A DNA stretch of 51,799 nucleotides from Anaerolineae bacterium (GCA_027021705.1 JALUTT010000047.1:1-51799); one strand, 5' to 3'; positions 1-9,651 are shown, numbered from the stretch's first letter. Numbers and translations: made by a program. Notes: generated by a model not told the origin, from the sequence alone.

Positions 1-218
1 ATCGGCGATCCATCGGTCGTCTGCCACAACCGTACCGTGCCGTCCTCCAGGCCCACGGCCAGGATCAGGCCGTCGGGGGAGAAGGCGACGCTCCTGACCC
101 ACTCCTCCGTCTCGATGAAACGCACCATATCCAGCGTTTCGGCATCGTACAGGTAGACGCCGATGGAAGTGGCCACGGCCAAGAGGGAGCCGTCCGGCGA
201 AAAGGCGACCTGCTCCAT
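1..218 (-). CDS. WD40-repeat protein, runs off the window edge; possibly 5'-truncated
   Basis: Manual translation MEQVAFSPDGSLLAVATSIGVYLYD...VRSVAFSPDGLILAVGLEDGTVRLW shows WD40 blades; in-frame TGA four codons upstream of the ATG. Confidence 0.75.
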   Translation of the reverse strand, partial: MEQVAFSPDGSLLAVATSIGVYLYDAETLDMVRFIETEEWVRSVAFSPDGLILAVGLEDGTVRLWQTTDGSP

Positions 219-219
219 C

Positions 220-282
220 CTCAGCCCTCAGCCCTCGGTCCTCGGTCCTTGGGCCTTGCCCCCTGCCCCTTGCCCCCTGCCC
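220..282. repeat. Nine tandem degenerate heptamers (CTCAGCC/CTCGGTC/CTTGGGC/CYTGCCC)
   Basis: ctcagcc x2, ctcggtc x2, cttgggc, cttgccc, cctgccc, cttgccc, cctgccc read directly. Confidence 0.85.
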
Positions 283-284
283 TC

Positions 285-3185
285 TCAGCGGTCCCGCAGT
301 ACCAAGGGCAAGTAGACCTTCTGGCCGCCGGCCAGCGTCGTATCCACCGCCTGGACCTGGACCGTCGGGTCAGCCCAGGAGGTGGCTCGCACCGCCGCCA
401 CGTCCTCCGTCCCCACCGGGGCCGTGGCCGGCACGGAAGCCTCCACCGTGACCACGGCGGCGGCCCCGGGGGCCAGGTTGACCACCCCGGCGCTCTTCAG
501 GGCGGCCCAGCCCCGGGTGCTGCTCACCGTGACGGTGTAGGTGTCGGCCGTGTTGCCGGTGTTGCGCAGCGTGTGGGTGTAGACCACCGCCTCGCCGGGG
601 AGAGCCGACTTCGCCTGGGAGGTCGGGGTCAGCGTCACCCCGTACTGAGGCTTGAAGGACTCCCCGGTCACGGTAACGGGATGCTCGGCAACCGTCTGTC
701 CACAGAGGTTGGCGACGGTGAGCCGGACGGCGTAGGTGCCGCTATGGACGTAGGTATGGACCACCGCCGGCCCCTGACCGACCCCCCCGTCGCCAAAGGC
801 CCAGGTGTAGGTCATCGGCGACGACCCGGCGGCGACGGTGGCGGTGAAGTGCACCGTCTGGCCCGTCTGCGGCTGCGAGGGTGACCAGGTGAAGTCGGCC
901 CCGGAGGGCGCGGTGCAGGAGGCCGTCGTCGTGTCCACCGCCGTGGCCGAGACGGCGGGATCACCCCAGGAGACGGCTTTGAGCCGGGCCACATCCTGCG
1001 CCAGGCCGGGGGCGTCGGCGGGCACCTGGGCCAATAGGAGCACGTTGGCGCTGCTTCCCGGCCCCAGGGTGACCACCGACGAACCGACCAGGGAGGTCCA
1101 CCCTCGGCTGCTGGCAAGGGTGAGGGTGTAGGTGTCGGTGGTACCACCGCCGTTCTGGAGGGTGTGCTGGTAGACGTGAACCCCGCCGGGGTCCACCGTG
1201 GCGCCGGCCGCCGCCGGCGTGAGGGAAAGGCCGTAGGGGTACTCGTCGGCCCCCAGGTCGGGGGCTGCGCCCACGGGACGGCGCTCGCCGTCCACATCGG
1301 TGGTCACCCCCGCCTCCACGCCCGCATCCCGGGCCGGAGAGCCGTAGGTCAGGTGATAATCCTCCGCGCCGGGATCGGTGAATTGGGGATCGGCGTGGAG
1401 GTTGACGGTACCGGTGACGACGCTCCCCGGCCCGCCGACGTCGCGGTCGTTGGCGTGCCAGAGGGTCGCCTCCAGCGTGATGGCGCTTCCCGCCGCCACC
1501 CAGACCCCCGGCCCGTCGGTGTGCCCGGCGACGATGGTGTTGGTGAACCAGGCTTGCCCGGCATACCCGGCGGTGCCGGTGACCAGGATGCCGGAGCCAT
1601 CGCCGCCGGCGTTGTCTGCCAGCGTCGTGTGGAGGAAGCGGGAAGAAACACGCACAAGCCCGCCCTCGTAGAACCCGGCCAGCCAGACCCCCGCCCCCTG
1701 CCCGACCGTTTCGGTGAGGGCATTGTCGGCGATGAGGGTGTTCTGCCAGACCGCACCGCACTGCTCCAAGGCGAGGCCCCCGCCCCGCCTTCCGGCGGTG
1801 TTGCCGACGATGCGGTTGGCCTCCTGGAGGCCCGTGAGCGAGGCAGCGTAGATCGCCCCGCCCTCCCCGGCGGTGTTGGCAGCGAAACGATTGTCGGTGA
1901 GGGAGGCGCCGGTCAGATAGGCTCCCCCACCCCGCTCGGCCCGGTTGTGGTGGACCTCGCTTCCCTCCACCGTGCATCCTCCCTGGCAATACAGGCCGCC
2001 TCCCTCCGAGGAGGCGACGTTGTGGTGGACCTCAACGCCGTGGAGGGTCGCTCCACCGCCCTGCACCCAGAGGCCCCCGCCGTCCGCCGCCGAGGGGGTG
2101 GTGGCGTGAAAGGCCGTGTTGCTGAACACTGCCCCTCCGGTCAAGGTCAGGGCGCTGGAGTTGGCGTAGAGGCCGCCCCCGGCGACCGCCCGGTTGTGAT
2201 GGACCTGGGCATCGTCCAAGGCGACCTGGGCGGAGTCGGCGCTCAGACCACCGCCCCAAGTGCCCTCGTTGTGGCGGATTTCCACCGTAGCGCCGGTGAG
2301 GGTGCCGTCGTAAATGTAGACCCCTCCGCCCTGGCCCCCGAAGTTGTTGACCACGGGGGCCACGTTGCTGTAGAAGCGGGTTCCGGTCAGGTGCGCCTCC
2401 CCCTTCCGAAGGGCCAGCCCGCCGCCCTGCCAGGCGGTGTTGCTGTAGACCGCTCCTCCGACGAGGGTCAGGTTCCCGCCCTCGACGGCGATGCCGCCCC
2501 CTTCGCCCCAGGAAGGCGCGACGTTGCCGTACACCTGGGCACCGCTGAGGGTGACGGTGGCGGTGAGGACGAAGAGGCCGCCGCCGGCGTCGTAGGTGCC
2601 GAGCGGTCCGCCCCCACCCAGCCCCTGAGCATCCCCACCGGTGAGGCGCAGCCCGTCGAGGGTCACCGTCACCGGGCCGGAGACCACCGCCGCCCGGCCC
2701 AGCCCCTGGGCGTCCACGGTGGCAGGATAGGCTGCTGGATCACGGGCGGAGAAATCGCCGTTCCAGCCGCCCAGCAGGGTCAGGCTCTTGGCGAGGTAGA
2801 CCACCTGGGTGATGCCGTTGCGCTGCTGTACGCCGGTGTAGGTCCCCTGGGCGATGCGGACCTCGTCGCCGGGGGAGGCAGCGTCTACAGCAGCCTGGAG
2901 GGTGGTGTAGCAGGGGGATGGCGCGCCGGCGCAGGTGGGATGGACGTAGAGGACGGCGGGGTTGGCCCCGGCCGGCCGAGCCGGGGAAGCCCCGCCCAAC
3001 AGAGCGACCACGGCCCCCATCAGGACGAGGGCAACGGCCACCGGGAGCCCAAGTTTCCAGGGCAGCGAGGTGACGGCCAGGCCGAGAGTTCCCGTCGGCC
3101 ATCCCGCGGCCTTCCTCACCCTCCTTCCGACGATGGTGGCTATGCGAAGAAGAGCGACCGGATCCACAAAACGCCGATGCTCCAT
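285..3185 (-). CDS. Secreted right-handed beta-helix protein with choice-of-anchor-Q-like region, Ig-like/NEW3 and PKD domains; YLPLV tail
   Basis: Hydrophobic N-terminal segment; GGG-rich N-x-A repeats; DYHLTYGSPARDAG...DLGADEY; PKD motif YTWAFGDG...HTY; ends KVYLPLVLRDR; start moved to ATG 3185 behind GAGGGAGG. Confidence 0.85.
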   Translation of the reverse strand: MEHRRFVDPVALLRIATIVGRRVRKAAGWPTGTLGLAVTSLPWKLGLPVAVALVLMGAVVALLGGASPARPAGANPAVLYVHPTCAGAPSPCYTTLQAAVDAASPGDEVRIAQGTYTGVQQRNGITQVVYLAKSLTLLGGWNGDFSARDPAAYPATVDAQGLGRAAVVSGPVTVTLDGLRLTGGDAQGLGGGGPLGTYDAGGGLFVLTATVTLSGAQVYGNVAPSWGEGGGIAVEGGNLTLVGGAVYSNTAWQGGGLALRKGEAHLTGTRFYSNVAPVVNNFGGQGGGVYIYDGTLTGATVEIRHNEGTWGGGLSADSAQVALDDAQVHHNRAVAGGGLYANSSALTLTGGAVFSNTAFHATTPSAADGGGLWVQGGGATLHGVEVHHNVASSEGGGLYCQGGCTVEGSEVHHNRAERGGGAYLTGASLTDNRFAANTAGEGGAIYAASLTGLQEANRIVGNTAGRRGGGLALEQCGAVWQNTLIADNALTETVGQGAGVWLAGFYEGGLVRVSSRFLHTTLADNAGGDGSGILVTGTAGYAGQAWFTNTIVAGHTDGPGVWVAAGSAITLEATLWHANDRDVGGPGSVVTGTVNLHADPQFTDPGAEDYHLTYGSPARDAGVEAGVTTDVDGERRPVGAAPDLGADEYPYGLSLTPAAAGATVDPGGVHVYQHTLQNGGGTTDTYTLTLASSRGWTSLVGSSVVTLGPGSSANVLLLAQVPADAPGLAQDVARLKAVSWGDPAVSATAVDTTTASCTAPSGADFTWSPSQPQTGQTVHFTATVAAGSSPMTYTWAFGDGGVGQGPAVVHTYVHSGTYAVRLTVANLCGQTVAEHPVTVTGESFKPQYGVTLTPTSQAKSALPGEAVVYTHTLRNTGNTADTYTVTVSSTRGWAALKSAGVVNLAPGAAAVVTVEASVPATAPVGTEDVAAVRATSWADPTVQVQAVDTTLAGGQKVYLPLVLRDR

Positions 3186-3201
3186 ACCTCCCTCCCCACG
3201 C

Positions 3202-3618
3202 TCACCCCTTCCTGGGGAGCCAGAGCACCTCCACCAACCGCTCCACCCGCTCAAACTCCGGGTCGCCGGTCACCACGGCCGCCTCCATCTCCCGGGCCAG
3301 TGCCACGGCAAAGGCATCGGCATAGGAGATGGGATGGTGGGCCTTGACGTGGGCAGCCGCCAAGATGCGAGGCCAGGTGGCCTCACACCGCTGCAGGGGA
3401 AGTTGGCCCACCACCGCCAGGCTCCTCATCGCCACAACCCGGCCATCACGCCGCTCGATGATGTAGACCATCTCACCCAGGCTGATCTCGCTAATGTAAA
3501 GCTCCGCCCGGCGTTCCTGAGCCGCCAGCAGCAATCGGGCCACATCATCGGCACCGGGGTTGTTGCCGAAGAACGAAAAGAGCGCATAGGTATCCAACAC
3601 GTACCTCGATGGACTCAC
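3202..3618 (-). CDS. vapC: PIN-domain toxin, VapC family
   Basis: VLDT, SLGE, ISYADAFAVALA, VVTGDPEF motifs; 4-bp overlap with upstream antitoxin. Confidence 0.9.
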   Translation of the reverse strand: MSPSRYVLDTYALFSFFGNNPGADDVARLLLAAQERRAELYISEISLGEMVYIIERRDGRVVAMRSLAVVGQLPLQRCEATWPRILAAAHVKAHHPISYADAFAVALAREMEAAVVTGDPEFERVERLVEVLWLPRKG

Positions 3619-4160
3619 CGTCCCCGCTCCCTAGCCCGCTCTTCCAAAAGCAGGACGAGCAGATTGGGTTCCCCTGCAAACATCCCCCGCGCCTCACGTA
3701 TGGGGTCACGGAGCGGAGAGAAAAGGTAGATGGTTCCATCGGCATCGGCAACGCCGATCCTGTCCTTCAAACGCCCGTTCATCCGCACCCGCAGGGGGGC
3801 AGGGATCACGACCTGCCCCCGGCGGGAGACGGTCGCCAGGGCAACGAAGGCATACTCCTCAGCAGGAGCGCCCCTGTCCATCGCCTCGACCTCCTCACCG
3901 GGGGGAGCAGGTGTGCTCGCCTCCCAGCGGTAGGTCTCGACGATCCGGCGGGCCATCCGCACCGCTTCCTCGCCCTCCAGGGACTGCCATCGGCGCAGCA
4001 CCTCCTCCGGGATGGGGGGAAGCAGGTAGATGCTGTCCCCCAATCCCACGAAGGTGACCTGGGAGCCGGGCTCGATGCCGTAGCGCCGCCGGATGGAGGC
4101 CGGGATGGTGAACCGGCCGTTGCGTACCTTCACCTGGGTGATGGTGTACCCCGAGGCCAT
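3615..4160 (-). CDS. AbrB/MazE/SpoVT-family antitoxin with two tandem AbrB domains
   Basis: KVRNGRFTIPASIRRRYGIEPGSQV and TVSRRGQVVIPAPLRVRM; ATG 4160 behind GGGAGG. Confidence 0.8.
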   Translation of the reverse strand: MASGYTITQVKVRNGRFTIPASIRRRYGIEPGSQVTFVGLGDSIYLLPPIPEEVLRRWQSLEGEEAVRMARRIVETYRWEASTPAPPGEEVEAMDRGAPAEEYAFVALATVSRRGQVVIPAPLRVRMNGRLKDRIGVADADGTIYLFSPLRDPIREARGMFAGEPNLLVLLLEERARERGR

Positions 4161-4194
4161 AGTGCTTCCTCCCCACCTCACCTGGTAACTGTCA

Positions 4195-4289
4195 CCCTCC
4201 CGCAGGTTAAGCGCGTTTCCGACGCGAAACCGTGCTTCAAATAGCCCATCGGGGCTGAAAACGCCCTCGACCGGTGACCTGCGGGAGGG
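4195..4289 (-). repeat. 95-bp hairpin element A, copy 1 (CCCTCCCGCAGG...CCTGCGGGAGGG)
   Basis: 12-bp terminal inverted repeats; near-identical reverse complement at 34411-34505. Confidence 0.9.
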
Positions 4290-4303
4290 ACCGAGTTTTC
4301 AGC

Positions 4304-4332
4304 AGTATAGCATAGCGGCCCATCCCGGTCAA
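4304..4332 (-). promoter_or_regulatory. sigma70-type promoter for the abrB-vapC-surface protein operon
   Basis: TTGACC-17 bp-TATACT with extended TG on the minus strand. Confidence 0.7.
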
Positions 4333-4345
4333 TGGGGATGAATCT

Positions 4346-4498
4346 GGTGATTACCCACAAGCGAGCGAGAGAGTGGTCCGTAGCAGGCCGTCCACGAATT
4401 TCTCGCGAATGCACGAATAAGGCAGTCCTTAATTCGTGCATTCGTGCCCCATTCGCGGACGGCCGGTCTCCCTATCTCCAAAGATATGGGTAATCACC
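4346..4498 (+). mobile_element. 153-bp MITE-like element B, copy 1
   Basis: TIR GGTGATTACCCA/TGGGTAATCACC; internal CACGAAT/ATTCGTG arms; GGATGAAT on both sides 2 bp out; copies at 34135 and 46997. Confidence 0.85.
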
Positions 4499-4542
4499 GG
4501 GGATGAATCTGGTGATTACCCACATCTCGGGAATCCGCCCTA

Positions 4543-7014
4543 CTATGGCCTCACCACCAGCGGGAGGTAGACCCGGTGACTCCCTCCCCCTGCCGGCCCG
4601 CCACCGGTCCAGGCCGGCTCCTCGCCGGCGACGTTCAGCGCCCGCAGGGAAGCACCATTGGCCCGCACGGCGTAGAGTCGTGGGTTCTGGAGGTCCGGCA
4701 GCCTCACATCGTCGCCGGCGGGGGTGCCCCGGACGAAGACCACCCAGTTGCCGTCGGAGGACCAGGCCGGTTGCAGGGACCACTTGTCGTCGCTGCGGGT
4801 GAGCTGGGTCAGGTCGGTCAGGCTCCCGTCGCTCTGCACCTGGGCCTTCCAGATTTCGTACCGTCCGCTGAAGTCGGCAGCGAAGACCAGCCATCCGCCG
4901 GAGGGAGCGAAGTCCGGGTCCTGGTAGTTGTGGAGGTCCTCGGTGCAGGTTTTCTCCTGGGTGCTCAGGTTGACCAGGCAGAGCCTGCTGACGGTGTATT
5001 GCCCCTGCGACGGGCCGGTACACCAGCCAACGGTGGTGTAGGCCAGCCACCGCCGGTCCGGTGAAAGCGTCACACTTTGGGCCATCGTCTGGCTGGCCAC
5101 GTAGATGTCGCTCCCGCTGAACGGCCCGTAACGGGGCTCCCAGGCATAGCACATCTCACCGGGGTTGATGCCGGCGTAGAACTGCTGCTCTATCCGGGCA
5201 AAGTAACTGGTGTCATCAGGCAGATCGAACCAGCTCGTCAGGTTGGCATCGGTGTAATGGGTCTGGGCGCTGCCGCCGCCGGTGGACCGGGAGAGGATGG
5301 CGCCGCTGCTGTAGTAGTAGACCCGGCTCCCGTCGGAGGAGAAGTGGGGCGACTCCCCCTGCGCCAGGGTGCGTTCGTTGCTCAGGCCCGGCAGGTCGTT
5401 GAGGCGGACGTCGCCGCCGGAGTAGTAGGCCAGGGTGCCGTTGAGGGGCAGATCGCTTCCGGCGGTGACGGCCGCGCTCACCTCGTTCGAGGTGGAGCCG
5501 ACGTTGCCCGTGCCGTCCACGGCGTAGACTTTGTAGTAGTAGGTGCCGCTGCTCAGACCCACGTCCCGGTAGGAGGTGTCGGTGATGATGAAGGGGTTGA
5601 TCACGGTGTAGGGCCCACCGCTCTGGGTGGCCCGGAGGACGTAGTAACCGCCGATGCCGTTGCGGTCGGTGGCCGGATCCCAGGTGAGGTCCACCACCGT
5701 GTCGCCGGGGGTGGCCCGCAGGTTGGAAGGAGTCGTGGGCGGGGTGGCGTCCAGCTCGGCCCGGACCGACCAGATCTGGTCGTTGTCGGCGCTGTCCACG
5801 TCCCAGACCAGGTAGGCGCGGGCGTAGTCGCCGCTGCCGGCGGCGGCGATGGCCGGTTGCTCGTGGCCGCCGTCGAAATCCTGGATGCCGGACAAGGTGG
5901 TGAAGCTCTGGCCGTCGTCAATGGAGGTGGAGAGGTTGATGTTCTGATCCCCGGTGATGTAACTCTTCTCCGACATCCACACGATGGCGACGGTGCCGTT
6001 ACCATCCACGGCCATATCCCAGTTCAGGTGCAGGGGAGGCGGGCCTTCGGTTATGTCGGTGGCGACCTGCACAGGGCTGCTCCAGGAGGTCCCGTTGTTC
6101 GTGGAGCGGCGAACGTAGATGGTGTCATCCACCTGGTAGGCGGCGTAGAGGGCACCGTCGGGGGCCAGGGCTAGATGGGGATGGGAAGCCGTGACGCCCG
6201 AAGGGGAGATGGCGAAATCGGTGCCCCAGTGGGCCCCGTGGTCGGTGGAGCAGTCGCCGTAGATGCGCATTCCGCCGTCCCGCCCATCCTCCCAGGCCAC
6301 GCAGACGATGGCGTCGCTGGCGACGATGCTCATCTGCGGCCCGTAGAAACTCTCATCGCTGACCCCGGCGCCGTTCACGTCGTTGACCTGCTGCCAGCCT
6401 CCAGGCCAGCTCTCGCCATAATCCTCGGAACGGGCCACATAGACGGTGTAAGTATCACTCGTCCAGGGGGCATTGATGACCACGTAGACATAGCCTCCGC
6501 TCGGCTCGGCGGCGATCTCGGGGTCGAAAGAGTAGTACTCGGCGGTGTGATACCCCAGCATCCAGGGGGTCTCGAAGGTCTGGCCGTGGTTGTTGCTGCG
6601 GGTCATATACACGGCGTACTCGGCCGGGTCGGGGGGGAGGTAACTGGCCCAGATGACGTACACCCAGCCGGTGGCATCGGCGGCGATGGCCGGATATTCG
6701 ATGCCGTCCACGACGTCCTGGCTGAGGTTGACGTTGGCGCTCCAGGTGGCCCCGCCGTCGGTGGAGCGGGCGAAGTAGATTTCGGCGGCGGAACCCAAGG
6801 GGTCGTCCCGGCTGTCCTCCCACACGGCGTACACCTTGTAGCCGTTGACGGCTACGTCGGGCCGGTTGGCCTCGCCGAACTCGGTCTGGTTGAAGGCGTC
6901 GTCGGTGACCTGGACGTTGTTGCCGAGGAGCCTGCTCCCGGCGTGGGCCGAGCCGACAAGGAAGAGGGAGAACACTCCCAACAAGGCGATCCACAACCTC
7001 ATTCTGCGCAGCAT
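4543..7014 (-). CDS. Secreted Asp-box (BNR) propeller + FN3 + PD40/TolB-like protein; YLPLV tail
   Basis: Signal peptide ending AHA; SxDxGxTW repeats; FN3 (PSNLRATPGDTVVDLTW...YYYKVYAVD); QPAWSSDG; ends RVYLPLVVRP. Confidence 0.85.
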   Translation of the reverse strand: MLRRMRLWIALLGVFSLFLVGSAHAGSRLLGNNVQVTDDAFNQTEFGEANRPDVAVNGYKVYAVWEDSRDDPLGSAAEIYFARSTDGGATWSANVNLSQDVVDGIEYPAIAADATGWVYVIWASYLPPDPAEYAVYMTRSNNHGQTFETPWMLGYHTAEYYSFDPEIAAEPSGGYVYVVINAPWTSDTYTVYVARSEDYGESWPGGWQQVNDVNGAGVSDESFYGPQMSIVASDAIVCVAWEDGRDGGMRIYGDCSTDHGAHWGTDFAISPSGVTASHPHLALAPDGALYAAYQVDDTIYVRRSTNNGTSWSSPVQVATDITEGPPPLHLNWDMAVDGNGTVAIVWMSEKSYITGDQNINLSTSIDDGQSFTTLSGIQDFDGGHEQPAIAAAGSGDYARAYLVWDVDSADNDQIWSVRAELDATPPTTPSNLRATPGDTVVDLTWDPATDRNGIGGYYVLRATQSGGPYTVINPFIITDTSYRDVGLSSGTYYYKVYAVDGTGNVGSTSNEVSAAVTAGSDLPLNGTLAYYSGGDVRLNDLPGLSNERTLAQGESPHFSSDGSRVYYYSSGAILSRSTGGGSAQTHYTDANLTSWFDLPDDTSYFARIEQQFYAGINPGEMCYAWEPRYGPFSGSDIYVASQTMAQSVTLSPDRRWLAYTTVGWCTGPSQGQYTVSRLCLVNLSTQEKTCTEDLHNYQDPDFAPSGGWLVFAADFSGRYEIWKAQVQSDGSLTDLTQLTRSDDKWSLQPAWSSDGNWVVFVRGTPAGDDVRLPDLQNPRLYAVRANGASLRALNVAGEEPAWTGGGPAGGGSHRVYLPLVVRP

Positions 7015-7094
7015 CCTTCCCTCCTGTCTCCCCTTTCTCTCCGCGCCCCCAACCTCTCCGCCGTGAGTCCAGGGCCCCTTCCGTGGCCCCCCGT

Positions 7095-9581
7095 TCATCT
7101 CCGTTGCACCAAGGGCAAGTACACCCAATGATCGGCCGGGGCCGGCCCCCCGCCGTGCCAGGCCGGCTCCTCGCCGGCGACGTTCAAGGCCCGCAGCGAT
7201 GCCCCGTCGGCCCGGACGACGAACAACCGCGTGTCGGTCACCGTCGGGCTGGCGTTCACGTCCCGGTGAAAGACGAGCCAGTTGCCATCGGAGGACCAGG
7301 CCGGCGCCCGCGACCAGAGGCCGTCGGCCCCGCGCGTCAGTTGGGTCACGTCCGAGAGGCTGCCGTCGCTGCCCACCGTCGCCTTCCAGATCTCGTACTG
7401 GCCGCTCCAGTCGGCGGCAAAGGCCAACGTGCTCCCGGAGGGAGCGAAGGCCGGGTCCTGGTAATTGGTGTCCTGGTAGAGGGCTACGCGGGTGTTGCTG
7501 CCCAGGTCGGCCAGGCAGAGGGCCACGTGGTCGTACTGCGCGGCGGACACGTTGGGCGCGTGGTAGCCCAGGCTGGTGTAGGCCAGCCAGGCCCGCCCGG
7601 CGGAGAGGGTGGGGCTCTCGGCGAACTCGTGGCTGTCCACGTAGAGGCTGCCCCCGCTCGTGCCGTAGTGGGGCTCGTAGGTGTCCCAGTACTCGTAGGG
7701 GTTGTACTGGGTGTACTGCTGCTCTTGAATCCAGGCGAAGTAGGCGGTGTCGTCGCGGGCGATGTCAAAGGCCCCGTAGAGCTTGTCGTGGGAGAAGTAG
7801 GTCTGCAGGTCGCTGCCGTCCGTCTTGCGGGAGACGATGGAGCCGCCGACGGTGGGGCCGGAGCGGTAGTAGACCCGCTGACCGTTGGGGCCGAAGAGGG
7901 GCGCCCAGCCCTGGCCCAGGATGCGCTCGTTGCCCAGGGAAGGCAGGTCGCGCAGGCGCACGTCGCCCCCCGACTCGTAGGCCAGGGTCCCGTTCAACGG
8001 CAGGTCGGTGCCCACCGTCGCCGCCGCGCTCACCTCGTTGGAAGTCGGCCCGACGTTGCCCGTGCCGTCCACGGCGTAGACTCTGTAGTAGTAGGTCGTG
8101 CTGTCCAGCCCGACATCACGGTAGGAGGTGTCGGTGATGGGCAGAGGGTTCAGCACCGTGTACGGGCCGCCAGAGGTCGCGGCGCGGAGAACGTAGTAGC
8201 CGCTGATGCCGTTACGGTCGGTGGCCGGGTCCCACGTCAAATCCACCACCGTGTCACCGGGGGTGGCCCGCAGGTTGGAAGGAGCCGTGGGCGGGGTGGC
8301 GTCCAGCTCGGCGCGGGCGGCCCAGACCTGGTCCTGGGTGTTCCGATCGTCGGTCCAGACCATCACCGCGCGGGCGTCGTCGCCGCTGCCGTAGGCGGTC
8401 AGCGCCGGGCTGTACTGGGAGTAGGTCTCGCCGGCGTCCTCCACCGGGAGGGCGACGAAGGTCTGCCCGTCGTCTATGGAAGTGGAGAGGTAAAGGTCGC
8501 TGGCCCCATAGGTGCCCCACACTCCCTCGGCCCAGAGCACAGCGACCGTACCGTTGCCGTCCACGGCCAGGTCCCAGCGGCCCAGTTCGTCGCCACTGGG
8601 GATGGAGGAGACCTGCACCGGGCTGCTCCACGAGGCGCCGTTGTCCGTCGAGCGCCGGACGTAGACCTGACCGCCCCGCTGGTAGGCGGCGTAGAGCGCC
8701 CCGTCGGGGGCGAAGGCCAGGCGGGGGTAAGTGGCATTGCTGCCTGAAAGGGCGAAGTTGGCCCCGAAGGTCTTCCCCTGGTCGGTGGAGCAAGCTCCGT
8801 AGATGGCGTTGCTGCCCCGGCTGTCCTCCCAGGCGGCGCAGACCACGCCGTTGCGGGCGGCGACGCTCATCTGGGGGCCTTCGGTGCCGGGGTCGCGCCC
8901 GCTCTGGGCCTGGTCGTTGACCTGCACCTGCCACCAGTTATCGCCCTGGTTGGTCGAGCCCATCAGGTAGATGTTGTAGCCGCTGCTGACGTAGTTGTGG
9001 AGCATGGCGTACAGGCCGCCGTTGACGGCGTCCACCGCCAGGGCCGGGGCGATGCTGTTGAAGACGCCGTCATCGTTGCCGTCCCACAGCCAGCCCTCCT
9101 GGAAGGTCGCACCGCCGTCGGTCGAGCGGGCGATGTGGACGTCGTTCTCCCGGTCCGCCCCGCCGCACACCGCCGGATCGGACCAGGAGTAGTAGCAGTT
9201 GCCCAAGTACCAGACGATGTAGACATTCCCCTCCGGCCCGACGGCCACCGCCGGGTCGGACAGGCCCTGCCCTTCCCAGTTGGGATCGCTGACGTGCACG
9301 TTGGTTCCCCAAGAAGCGCCGCCGTCGGTGGATTTGGCCAGGTAGATGGCGTGGAAGACGGGGTCGCTGGGGGCGTCCCGGTTGTCCTCCCAGACGGCAT
9401 AGACGGCATGATGGCCCGTGGCGGCCACGTCGGCGTGCTGCGCCTCGCCGAACTCCCCCAGGCCGCTATCGGTGACCTGAACGTTCGTGCCGAGAAGCTT
9501 GCCCCCGGCGTAGACGGAGCCGGCCAGTACGAGCGCCAGGCAGAGGCCAAGGGCCAAACAGGACTTCGTTTTCTTTGCCAT
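7095..9581 (-). CDS. Tandem paralog: secreted Asp-box propeller + FN3 + PD40 protein; YLPLV tail
   Basis: Same architecture as 4543-7014; signal peptide ending VYA; ends WVYLPLVQRR; ATG 9581 behind AAGGAG. Confidence 0.85.
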   Translation of the reverse strand: MAKKTKSCLALGLCLALVLAGSVYAGGKLLGTNVQVTDSGLGEFGEAQHADVAATGHHAVYAVWEDNRDAPSDPVFHAIYLAKSTDGGASWGTNVHVSDPNWEGQGLSDPAVAVGPEGNVYIVWYLGNCYYSWSDPAVCGGADRENDVHIARSTDGGATFQEGWLWDGNDDGVFNSIAPALAVDAVNGGLYAMLHNYVSSGYNIYLMGSTNQGDNWWQVQVNDQAQSGRDPGTEGPQMSVAARNGVVCAAWEDSRGSNAIYGACSTDQGKTFGANFALSGSNATYPRLAFAPDGALYAAYQRGGQVYVRRSTDNGASWSSPVQVSSIPSGDELGRWDLAVDGNGTVAVLWAEGVWGTYGASDLYLSTSIDDGQTFVALPVEDAGETYSQYSPALTAYGSGDDARAVMVWTDDRNTQDQVWAARAELDATPPTAPSNLRATPGDTVVDLTWDPATDRNGISGYYVLRAATSGGPYTVLNPLPITDTSYRDVGLDSTTYYYRVYAVDGTGNVGPTSNEVSAAATVGTDLPLNGTLAYESGGDVRLRDLPSLGNERILGQGWAPLFGPNGQRVYYRSGPTVGGSIVSRKTDGSDLQTYFSHDKLYGAFDIARDDTAYFAWIQEQQYTQYNPYEYWDTYEPHYGTSGGSLYVDSHEFAESPTLSAGRAWLAYTSLGYHAPNVSAAQYDHVALCLADLGSNTRVALYQDTNYQDPAFAPSGSTLAFAADWSGQYEIWKATVGSDGSLSDVTQLTRGADGLWSRAPAWSSDGNWLVFHRDVNASPTVTDTRLFVVRADGASLRALNVAGEEPAWHGGGPAPADHWVYLPLVQRR

Positions 9582-9651
9582 GATCTCTCTTGCTCCTTTT
9601 GTATGCCGGTCCTCCTGGGAGACGCCCCCAGTCGGTTCGGTTCTTGAGACC

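Noticed and set aside
1164..3347. Long antisense/alternate-frame ORFs (also 7083-8747, 16914-19094, 39455-41542, 48926-50428)
   Set aside because: Shadow ORFs expected in high-GC DNA opposite well-supported genes; no recognisable motifs.
4178..4441. Small ORFs sharing peptides (also 34152-34493, 34388-34615, 46923-47132)
   Set aside because: Similarity comes from translating repeat elements A and B; no RBS or other coding evidence.
4334..4524. Possible CRISPR array from the 26-bp direct repeat
   Set aside because: Only two copies, separated by the MITE interior; no cas genes in the window.
5640..8312. DGR template/variable repeat or gene conversion between the paralogs
   Set aside because: Differences are mostly synonymous and not adenine-specific; no reverse transcriptase present.
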